A stretch of 25,001 nucleotides of DNA from a bacterium (lineage in GTDB: Bacteria; Zhuqueibacterota; Zhuqueibacteria; Zhuqueibacterales; Zhuqueibacteraceae), in NCBI GenBank assembly GCA_044869275.1, contig JBIOXB010000126.1, positions 1 through 25,001 of the forward strand, read 5' to 3'. The notes below the pieces were generated by a model that ran no database searches, was not told where the DNA came from, and saw nothing but the letters and a program-made list of their open reading frames with translations. The position numbers and the translations under genes were made by a program. Shown here piece after piece: positions 1-7,886 of this stretch (positions within the stretch are counted from its first letter, which is position 1; every line of letters begins with the position of its first letter).

Positions 1-1164
1 GAGGAGGATTTGGGAGAGGACACGCTGTTTGCGCTGATTCATCAAGACCGCCAGCAGGCCGGCTTTTCGTCGCGCGTGGCCGGGCTTTATCGCAAAGTGG
101 TCGAGTTGCTGCCGCATTTTCAAATCAAGGCGGGCCATGACCTGGATTATTCCTGGTGTTATCCGCGCGGCCGCTTCGACCGTCAATCGATGATGTGGGA
201 CTTGAATTATTTCAAATACTACTTTCTCAAGCTCGCCAAAATTTCCTTCAACGAGCAGACGCTGGAAGATGATTTCAACGCCTTCGTGAGTTTCTTGCTG
301 GAAGCGGATCAGAATTATTTTCTTTATCGTGATTTTCAGTCGCGCAATATCATGATCCGTGGAGAGCAGCCGTGGTTCATCGATTATCAAGGCGGCCGGC
401 GCGGCGCGCTGCAATACGACGTTGCGTCGCTACTGTTCGACGCCAAGGCCGATATTCCATTCGAAGTGCGCGAAGAACTGCTGCAGCTTTATCTCGACGC
501 TGCCAACACGCTCGCGCCGGTTGCGCGCGCGCGATTTCTCAAATATTACTATGGCTACGTCGTCATCCGCATCCTGCAAGCCATGGGCGCGTATGGTTTC
601 CGCGGTTTTTACGAGCGCAAAACGCACTTCCTGCAAAGCGTGCCCTACGCCGTTCGCAATTTGGAATATGTGCTGCGCACCGCCGATTTTCTGGCCGGCA
701 TGCCGGCGCTGACGGATGTGTTGCAGCGACTCGTGCGTTCCTCGGCGCTGCGGGAATTGGGCAACGTGCAGCTGGCCTTAACCGTGCGCCTGCAAAGTTT
801 CTCATTCAAACAGGGCCTGCCCAAAGATGAAGCCGGCCACGGCGGCGGCTTCGTGTTTGATTGCCGCGCCCTGCCGAACCCGGGCCGTTTGCCACAATTC
901 GCCCAGCTCACCGGCAACGATGCGGAAGTGATTCGCTTTTTGGAAAATGAAACCGGCGTGCATCACTTCATGACGCACGTGCGCGACTTGATCGATCAAG
1001 TTGTGGAAGCTTACCGCAAAAGAAACTTCACGGATTTGTCCGTGGCGTTTGGCTGCACCGGCGGCCAGCACCGCTCCGTCTACTGTGCCAATATGCTGGC
1101 CAAGCATCTGCGGGAGAAGTATCAAGTGCATGTCGAAGTCTTGCATCGCGAACTGCAAAAATGA
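1..1164 (+). CDS. amgK: AmgK-like anomeric MurNAc/GlcNAc kinase (APH fold) fused to a RapZ C-terminal domain; 5' end lies outside the window
   Basis: Frame open from base 1 (EEDLGEDTLF). Kinase motifs LYRDFQSRNIM, FIDYQ and YDVASLL; C-terminal SFSFKQGLP..FVFDCRALPNPG..AFGCTGGQHRSV is RapZ-CTD-like. Overlaps murU by ATGA. Confidence 0.82.
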   Translation, partial: EEDLGEDTLFALIHQDRQQAGFSSRVAGLYRKVVELLPHFQIKAGHDLDYSWCYPRGRFDRQSMMWDLNYFKYYFLKLAKISFNEQTLEDDFNAFVSFLLEADQNYFLYRDFQSRNIMIRGEQPWFIDYQGGRRGALQYDVASLLFDAKADIPFEVREELLQLYLDAANTLAPVARARFLKYYYGYVVIRILQAMGAYGFRGFYERKTHFLQSVPYAVRNLEYVLRTADFLAGMPALTDVLQRLVRSSALRELGNVQLALTVRLQSFSFKQGLPKDEAGHGGGFVFDCRALPNPGRLPQFAQLTGNDAEVIRFLENETGVHHFMTHVRDLIDQVVEAYRKRNFTDLSVAFGCTGGQHRSVYCANMLAKHLREKYQVHVEVLHRELQK

Positions 1165-1904
1165 AGGCCATGATCTTCGCCGCCGGTTTGGGCACCCGCC
1201 TGCGCCCGCTGACCGATACTCGCCCCAAAGCGTTGGTCGAAATCAATGGCGTGGCGCTGCTCGAAATCGTCGCACGGCGGCTGATTACCGCCGGCACAAC
1301 TGATCTCCTCATCAACGTGCATCATTTTGCGGAGCAGATTGCGGAATTCGTGCAGCGCAAGTCCAACTTCGGCATTCGTGTCTTGCTTTCATACGAAGAA
1401 CACTTGCTCGATACCGGCGGCGGCTTGAAAAAAGCGGCAGACTTTTTTGAGGAGGGCCAGCCGTTCTTTGTGCACAATGTTGATGTCATCTCTTCCCTCG
1501 ATCTGCACGCTCTCTACCAACACCATATCGCAAGCCATGCACTGGCCACTTTGGCGGTGCAAGCGCGCCCAACGTCGCGGTATTTGATTTTTGATCGCGA
1601 CCACCAGTTGTGCGGCTGGAAAACCGTGCCGGAAAATCGTGTGGAGTGGGCGCGTACGCCGGTGGGAGAAACCGTCGATCTCGCCTTCAATGGCATTCAC
1701 GTGATCTCGCCGGGGCTTTTGCAGCAAATGACTGAAGAAGGCGCTTTTTCCATTATCAAAACGTACCTGCGGCTCGCCGGCCACGGCGGGATGATTTTAG
1801 CCTTCCGCCGGGACGATTGTTACTGGCGCGACGTGGGCAAAATTGAACATCTAGAAGAGATTGCGCGAGAGCATTTGCACACGGTGGAAACACAAGTTGC
1901 TTGA
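1161..1904 (+). CDS. murU: Sugar-1-phosphate nucleotidyltransferase, MurU-like
   Basis: MKAMIFAAGLGTRLRPLTDTRPKALV signature, LLDTGGGL, WRDVG; coupled to the amgK-like gene. Confidence 0.85.
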   Translation: MKAMIFAAGLGTRLRPLTDTRPKALVEINGVALLEIVARRLITAGTTDLLINVHHFAEQIAEFVQRKSNFGIRVLLSYEEHLLDTGGGLKKAADFFEEGQPFFVHNVDVISSLDLHALYQHHIASHALATLAVQARPTSRYLIFDRDHQLCGWKTVPENRVEWARTPVGETVDLAFNGIHVISPGLLQQMTEEGAFSIIKTYLRLAGHGGMILAFRRDDCYWRDVGKIEHLEEIAREHLHTVETQVA

Positions 1905-1921
1905 GAGCTTGATCTGCTGGC

Positions 1922-1938
1922 GTTTTCACACAGTCTGA
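1922..1938. repeat. Solo copy of the terminal repeat of the MITE-like element at 22860-22977
   Basis: GTTTTCACACAGTCTGA is identical (17/17) to 22962-22978. Confidence 0.65.
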
Positions 1939-2142
1939 ATCTTGTGCAGCATAAGCACGGAGCCAAATTCCACCATGATTCTCTCAAAATGACAGAGCAG
2001 AGGGTATAGTTTTCAAGGTCACAGTGCACCACTCGAACCAAATGGCAGAAGCACAGATCGAGAAATGGCATCATCGACATGGCATTGTCAAATCATCCGT
2101 TGCGGAACCGGCATAAGATCAAAGAGAGTTTTTAGCGTCCTT

Positions 2143-2943
2143 TCATACTGCCAAAGCCGCCTCCGCGGCACGCAAAGCCTCCGCAAAAGTAACTCCCTCG
2201 GGGCGCTGCTGTGCCTCTTCCTTGTACCCTCCGTAAATGGCATGACCGGCCTGCATCCAAAAGCAATCAACCGTATTGAATCCCGCCGCTTTCAGCCATT
2301 GTAATTGCTCGAACAGACCTGAGGGCTGATCGATTTCATCGGGAAAGCGGAAATAATTCCATTGTGTCGCAACGAATTTGTCGAACAAGCCGGAAGGGTG
2401 CATGAGGGCCCTCGCCTGGGCGGAGGCGCTGTGGTCCCACGTATCCGCGAACAGCCTGCGGCCGCCTGCGCTCGAGGGCAAGATCAGATCGGCAATGAGA
2501 AGAGCGCCGTGTGCTCCCAGCGCCTGTGCGAGCTGCAGGAACAGGTTTTGCTTGCCCGCGGCGTTCAAATGGTGCAGGCAAAGCGATGAAAGCACGACTT
2601 CAGCATTTTGCGCATGCGCCAGCCAGCCCTCAGAAAACAGGTCGAAAGCTTGCACGGCTGCTCGCTGGCGAAATGGTCTCAAGCGGCGTGTGGCTTCTGC
2701 CCGCATGCTCTCCGAGCCGTCGAGCGCCAGCACCGTGGCATGAGGAAATGCAGCAAGCAGGGCTTGCGCCAGACAGCCTTGACCGCTTCCCAGCTCCAGG
2801 GCGCGAAAAGACTCGGTTTGGGCAAAAGGGATCAGCGTCAAAAGCGTCGCCATTTGTTCGGCGCGTTGGGGTACCGCGATCGCAGCCAGCTCGCGGTAAA
2901 TGGCGGAAGACTCCTCCGCCCAATTCAAAGTGGTGTCAGACAT
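2143..2943 (-). CDS. Class I SAM-dependent methyltransferase
   Basis: Motif I ALELGSGQG, ALDGSESM, VLSSLCLHHL, GALLIAD. Start moved to ATG 2943 after GGAGAAGG. Confidence 0.85.
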   Translation of the reverse strand: MSDTTLNWAEESSAIYRELAAIAVPQRAEQMATLLTLIPFAQTESFRALELGSGQGCLAQALLAAFPHATVLALDGSESMRAEATRRLRPFRQRAAVQAFDLFSEGWLAHAQNAEVVLSSLCLHHLNAAGKQNLFLQLAQALGAHGALLIADLILPSSAGGRRLFADTWDHSASAQARALMHPSGLFDKFVATQWNYFRFPDEIDQPSGLFEQLQWLKAAGFNTVDCFWMQAGHAIYGGYKEEAQQRPEGVTFAEALRAAEAALAV

Positions 2944-3079
2944 CACCCTTCTCCAAAGTTTTTCTTTGTTTTTAGCCGGCAAATGCTATTTTTGAAGCGT
3001 GCCAGGCAAAATCAGAATACGAGTCCGGTCACTCAACGGAGGCCTGCGCGCACTCACAAAATTTAGGAGAAGAATTTTC

Positions 3080-4159
3080 ATGTGCAACAGGATTCAGCGC
3101 CATTCGATTTTTTGCATTCTGCCGCCGCACGTCTTGCGCAATATCGCGCAAAACGGCACGCCGCAGCAGCGCCAGGATGCGATGCAAACCTTGGCCACCG
3201 ATGCGACGATGCGTGCCATGCGCGCCGTTAAACGCGCCCCCCTCGTCACGGCGTTTACCTACGCGCCGGCGTTGACGATGGTGGCGGAGGCTCGCAAACT
3301 GCGCACGATTTATAACGCCAATCACAATCAGAACCTGCCGGGGACGCTGGTGCGCAAAGAGGGCGATCCGGCCAGCGGCGATGCGGCCACCGACGAAGCA
3401 TATGACGGTCTGGGCGCGACTTTCGATTTTTTCTCGGATATTTTCGAGCGCAACTCGCTTGACGATGAGGGAATGCCACTCACGGCCACCGTGCATTTCG
3501 GCCGAGGCTATAGCAATGCCTTCTGGGACGGGCAACGCATGGTGTTTGGCGACGGCGATGGCTATCTGTTCAACCGCTTCACTGCCTCGCTCGACGTCAT
3601 TGCGCACGAGCTCACGCACGGCGTTACTGAAGACGAGGCGCAGCTTATCTATTTCTTCCAGTCCGGCGCACTCAATGAATCCATGTCCGACGTATTCGGC
3701 GCGCTCGTCAAGCAACGCCTGCGCAAACAAAAGGCTCAGGAGGCCGACTGGCTCATTGGCGCGGAATTGTTGACCAAAGAAGTCAAGGGCGTGGCCTTGC
3801 GCTCCATGAAGGATCCGGGCTCCGCGTTCGATGATCCCTTGCTGGGCAAGGACCCGCAGCCCAAGCATATGAAAGATTTTGTGCGCACGTACGAAGACAA
3901 TGGCGGCGTGCACATCAATTCCGGCATTCCCAACCACGCCTTCTATTTGCTGGCCACACATTTCGGCGGACAAGCCTGGGAAAAAGCGGGGCGCATCTGG
4001 TATGAAACCCTGCGTGACGCCAAACTGCGGCCCAACACTGGATTTCTGCGCTTCGCCCGGCTCACGCTGAACAACGCCAAGCATTTGTACGGCGTGAACA
4101 GCACGGAGCAAGCCGCCGTGCGCGACGCTTGGGCAGCGGTAGGCATCAAACTGAATTGA
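3080..4159 (+). CDS. Protealysin-like M4 (thermolysin family) metalloprotease
   Basis: Short propeptide CILPPHVL, NAFWDG, HELTH zinc motif, GALNESMSD, DNGGVHINSGIPN. ATG 3080 follows AGGAG. Confidence 0.95.
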   Translation: MCNRIQRHSIFCILPPHVLRNIAQNGTPQQRQDAMQTLATDATMRAMRAVKRAPLVTAFTYAPALTMVAEARKLRTIYNANHNQNLPGTLVRKEGDPASGDAATDEAYDGLGATFDFFSDIFERNSLDDEGMPLTATVHFGRGYSNAFWDGQRMVFGDGDGYLFNRFTASLDVIAHELTHGVTEDEAQLIYFFQSGALNESMSDVFGALVKQRLRKQKAQEADWLIGAELLTKEVKGVALRSMKDPGSAFDDPLLGKDPQPKHMKDFVRTYEDNGGVHINSGIPNHAFYLLATHFGGQAWEKAGRIWYETLRDAKLRPNTGFLRFARLTLNNAKHLYGVNSTEQAAVRDAWAAVGIKLN

Positions 4160-4203
4160 GCCGGTTTCGGCCATCTGTCACGAAAAGCAAAGCGCTCTGT
4201 CCT

Positions 4204-4252
4204 GTTACACGTTACACTTTTCACGTTACACGTGTAAGGTGTAACGTGAAAC
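4204..4252. repeat. Heptamer-period palindromic repeat (13-bp perfect stem)
   Basis: GTTACAC GTTACAC TTTTCAC GTTACAC | GTGTAAG GTGTAAC GTGAAAC; 4219-4231 pairs with 4239-4251. Confidence 0.8.
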
Positions 4253-4298
4253 TCAAATCGGATTTTCGCTTCAAGCTCACTTCTAAGGAGGAGATAAA

Positions 4299-4628
4299 AT
4301 GCGCATTCAATTTAAAACCGAAGGCGGCTTCGCCTATTTTCCCGGCCTAAGCCAGCCGACCACGATCAACAGCGAGGATTTGCCGCCGGCCGAGGCCAAG
4401 CATTTACAGCAGCTAGTGCAGGCGGTCGAGACCAAGAATGCAAGAAAATCTGCCGCCCAGGGCGCCGCCGATTATCAAAGCTACACCATCCAAATTGAAA
4501 ACGGGGCTGAAAGCTACACGATGCGGGTTGCCGATCCGGTGGCGGATCCTTCTCTACAAGCTTTGGTGGATTATCTGCGCGACAAATCGCACGAGCGGCT
4601 ACGGGCGAAAGGCAAGCAGAGAAAGTAA
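4299..4628 (+). CDS. Emfourin-type protealysin inhibitor
   Basis: MRIQFKTEGGFAYFPGL and GAADYQSYTIQIE motifs, 109 aa, directly after the M4 protease; RBS AAGGAGG. Confidence 0.9.
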   Translation: MRIQFKTEGGFAYFPGLSQPTTINSEDLPPAEAKHLQQLVQAVETKNARKSAAQGAADYQSYTIQIENGAESYTMRVADPVADPSLQALVDYLRDKSHERLRAKGKQRK

Positions 4629-4697
4629 GCGTAAACCCGATGCAAGGACGCAACGGCCGAGAAGTGCTGGTTCCGAGAAATTTCGCCCCAAGCCGCT

Positions 4698-5427
4698 ATG
4701 AGCCATAATCGCACGAATAGTGCCCCTTCACCAGCCGCATTGCTCACCACCAAATTCTTCATCCCTTCTGCGCGCACCGATCTGGTGTTTCGCTCGCAAT
4801 TGACCGAACGGCTTAATGCGGGCGTGCGACGCAAGCTCACTCTCATCTCCGCGCCGGCCGGATCTTTGCCTGGTATACTCCGAGCCATTTTTGTACGAAG
4901 CCGACTGGGAGCAATGCGAGTATTTCTTGAAAAAAGCCGAGCACGCGGCGAAGCTGATGCATCGGCTGCTCGCAGCCGCGGAATCCGGCGGGCGTGTGAG
5001 AAGGGTGATTGAGATTCTGGCGCTGCAAGCGCTGGCATTTTGGGCGCAACGCGATGCCAGCGGTGCGTTGCCGGCCTTGCATTGCGCGCTGGCGCTCGCC
5101 GAACCGGAAGGCTACATCCGTGTTTTCGTGGACGAAGGTGTGCCGATGGCGGCATTTCCCTCAGAGCTGCTGCCCGCTGTGGCCAGGCCGCATGAATTCT
5201 CAGGCGAGTTGCCGGACTCATATCTCATTGATCCTCTCAGCAGCCGCGACCTCGAAGTGCACAAGCTCGTTGCCATGGGAGCCACCAACGCACAAATCGG
5301 CAGAAAGCTTTTTCTCGCGACGAGCACCGTAAAGCGCCACATCAATAATATTTAATCCAAGCTCAACGTGCACAGCGGCACGCAGGCGGTGGCGAAGGGG
5401 AGGGAATTGCAGCTGCTTTCCGTATAG
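4698..5427 (+). pseudogene. MalT/LuxR-type STAND regulator relic, copy 1 (internal deletions, frameshift, premature stop)
   Basis: LLTTKFFIP..RKLTLISAPAG stops inside Walker A; second frame gives ALALAEPEGYIRVFVDEG and LuxR HTH DPLSSRDLEV..STVKRHINNI*SKLNVHSGTQAV with TAA at 5353-5355. Confidence 0.9.
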
Positions 5428-5526
5428 CCGCACGCGGCGGTTTTTTTCCGCAAAACAGAAAAGCACAACACCAAGTCGTCAAGGGCACAAGGCTCCGTAC
5501 AGTGCCAAAACGGAAAAATTCGATAG

Positions 5527-7614
5527 ATGGACAAAATTATTGACGCGTTAACCGAAGTGCTCCCGCTTGCTCAACTTTTGGAAAGTTGGGGGCTGGCCAG
5601 AGCAACCAGCGTTGCGGTTTCCGCGGCGATCATTGCTCTGTTGGTCGCCGGCGCTGAGGTTTTGCTGCAACACCTGTTCAATCATTACAAAGACTCCAAA
5701 GCCGCCCGCGACTTGGCGCCGTATTTCGATTACCAGAAAGTCAAAGCCTCGCGCGAGCTGTTCATTCCCACGCAATTTCAAAATCAATCGCCCACGCGGG
5801 AAGATGAACCGGCCTTCAGCCACAAGTTTGTGGCGAAAAGCCGCTTGATTCCTTTTTTCATGAAAACCGCCTTTAACGAAAAAAAGGAAAGCGACAAATT
5901 CTATTTGGTGTTGGCCGATTCCGGCATGGGCAAAACGACTTTTATGATCAATCTTTACGTGCAATACACCTCATTTTTTAATTTTGACCGCAAATATAAA
6001 ATCCGACTTTACCCGTTTGGCGATGCTCGGATTTTGGAACATATCAAGCAAATAAAGCCGGATGAAGTTCCCCAAACCATATTGCTGCTCGACGCGTTTG
6101 ATGAAGACCAGAAGTTGATCCCGCCGGTTGAGCCCGATGGTTTGCCGGATGACGTGCGTTTCCGACGCCGCTTGGATGAAATCATCGAAACCGTGCGTGA
6201 TTTCCGCGAAGTGGTGATCACCAGCAGAACGCAATATTTTCCCGGGCAGGAAAGCGAGCCCTACGAGTTGAAAATTCCGCGTTTCGATGACAAGGGCTTT
6301 CACAAGATGGCCAAGCTTTATCTTTCGCCGTTCGACGGCAAAGAAATAAGAAAGTACTTGAACAAAAAATACGGCCTTCTGAGATTCTGGAACCGCGGGA
6401 AAAAGCACAGCGCCGCGGCCATCGTGCACAACTCGCCCAAGCTTATGGTGCGCCCGATGCTGCTGAGTTACATCGATTATTTAGTGGACAGCAAAAAAGC
6501 ATTTGAAAATACCTACCAGATCTACGAAACCTTGATTGAGAAATGGATCGAGCGTGAGGCCAGCAAGCGCAAGCACCGAACCAGCGGCCGGGAAAAATTC
6601 AAACAAGACTTGCACAACTACTCGCGCCTGGTGGCCGTGGAAATTTACCGGCAACGCGCCCAGGCGGATATGCTTTGTTTGAAAAAAGAAGCAGCGCTGT
6701 CCGTCGCCCGCAAAAATAATATTGATTTGCATGACTACGAAATCACCGGGCAGTCCCTGCTCACTCGCGATGCCGAGGGCAATTGGAAGTTTGCCCATAA
6801 ATCCATTCTCGAATTTCTTTTGGCGAAAGAAGCCGTTGAGCATATTGAATTTTGGACTGGATTGGTTAATTCAGGTTTTGCTGGAATGGACATGGCCAAA
6901 TTGTTTTATGAAGAAGCAGGGGGTTGGGTTTTCATTGAAGGTGGAACTTTTCAAATGGGAGATGAAAAAGACGATTGGTCGGTTCATCAAGTTACGATCT
7001 CCGATTTTTATCTTGGCAAAACACCCGTCACTCAAAAACAGTGGCACGATATCATGGGTAATAATCCTTCCCATTTTGAAAATTGTGACGATTGTCCGGT
7101 CGAGAGTGTAAGTTGGGACGATGTTCAAAGGTACATTAAGTCATTAAATGCAAAAACCGGGATGAGATTTCGCTTGCCCACTGAAGCCGAATGGGAATAC
7201 GCCGCTCGTGGCGGACGCAAATCGTCTTTTGAAAGTGGCAAGGCGGTTGTCCATATCGACAAACATAGGTTTCCCGGCAGTAACAACCTTGATGAAGTGG
7301 GCTGGTACGGTGGAAACTCAAAAGGCAAAACACATCCCGTAGCCACCAAAAAGCCCAATGAACTGGGCTTAGACGATATGAGCGGCAACGTTTGGGAATG
7401 GTGTCAGGATTGGTATAGTGGGAGTTATTATAATGAATGTAAAAAGAAAGGTGCAATAGAAAATCCTCCAGGGCCGATATTTGGTTCTGATCGGGTGGTG
7501 CGTGGTGGGTACTGGGGTGCTATCGCGTCGCGCTGCAGTTCCTTGTTTCGCAATAATTACAGTGAAAGCACTCGTGAGGACTTCATCGGCTTCCGCCTGG
7601 TGTTCGTCCCGTAG
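5527..7614 (+). CDS. Membrane-anchored NACHT-like P-loop NTPase with C-terminal FGE-sulfatase (SUMF1/C-type lectin fold) domain
   Basis: N-terminal hydrophobic helix; LADSGMGKTT, ILLLDAFDE, VITSR, FAHKSILEFL; then GGTFQMG, RLPTEAEWEYAARGG, DMSGNVWEWCQDWY, RVVRGGYW, IGFRLV. Confidence 0.88.
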   Translation: MDKIIDALTEVLPLAQLLESWGLARATSVAVSAAIIALLVAGAEVLLQHLFNHYKDSKAARDLAPYFDYQKVKASRELFIPTQFQNQSPTREDEPAFSHKFVAKSRLIPFFMKTAFNEKKESDKFYLVLADSGMGKTTFMINLYVQYTSFFNFDRKYKIRLYPFGDARILEHIKQIKPDEVPQTILLLDAFDEDQKLIPPVEPDGLPDDVRFRRRLDEIIETVRDFREVVITSRTQYFPGQESEPYELKIPRFDDKGFHKMAKLYLSPFDGKEIRKYLNKKYGLLRFWNRGKKHSAAAIVHNSPKLMVRPMLLSYIDYLVDSKKAFENTYQIYETLIEKWIEREASKRKHRTSGREKFKQDLHNYSRLVAVEIYRQRAQADMLCLKKEAALSVARKNNIDLHDYEITGQSLLTRDAEGNWKFAHKSILEFLLAKEAVEHIEFWTGLVNSGFAGMDMAKLFYEEAGGWVFIEGGTFQMGDEKDDWSVHQVTISDFYLGKTPVTQKQWHDIMGNNPSHFENCDDCPVESVSWDDVQRYIKSLNAKTGMRFRLPTEAEWEYAARGGRKSSFESGKAVVHIDKHRFPGSNNLDEVGWYGGNSKGKTHPVATKKPNELGLDDMSGNVWEWCQDWYSGSYYNECKKKGAIENPPGPIFGSDRVVRGGYWGAIASRCSSLFRNNYSESTREDFIGFRLVFVP

Positions 7615-7808
7615 TCAGTTGGCAGCTCGTTCCGACTTTACCCAGGAGCAAAACGAGTTGTTTGATGGTTGTGCTCAATGCTTGGGAAGATTCTTTCAGA
7701 ATGACAGTAACAAACAGACTATACTTCCTAACAGAAAACGCTGTATGCAAATCGTATGTATTCCGCCGCCTGAAGCCACCATGTCGTGCACCATTCATTC
7801 AATTCACG

Positions 7809-7857
7809 ATGCGCGAATATCGTCCGGACGGCGCGCCGCCGCAAGCCTCATTGCTCA
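7809..7857 (+). pseudogene. MalT-like relic, copy 2, N-terminal stub
   Basis: MREYRPDGAPPQASLL aligns gap-free with MSDNRPDGAALQSSLL at 17326 (10/16 identical) and with the 4698 start; similarity ends abruptly at 7857. Confidence 0.7.
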
Positions 7858-7886
7858 AAAACGGCAACGCTCCGAAACCTCGGCTC

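Noticed and set aside
1878..1891. CACACGGTGGAAAC as the left end partnering the 1922-1938 repeat
   Set aside because: Needs gaps and mismatches over 14 nt within murU coding sequence; could be chance.
3029..4174. 381-aa minus-strand ORF
   Set aside because: Antisense shadow of the well-supported M4 protease, no motifs.
4698..5427. Programmed frameshift or readthrough yielding a functional mini-regulator
   Set aside because: No slippery site, Walker A is cut, and there is a stop inside the HTH; decay is the simpler reading.
5427..5448. GC hairpin plus T-run after MalT relic 1 as a terminator
   Set aside because: Stem only 4-5 bp; too weak to call.
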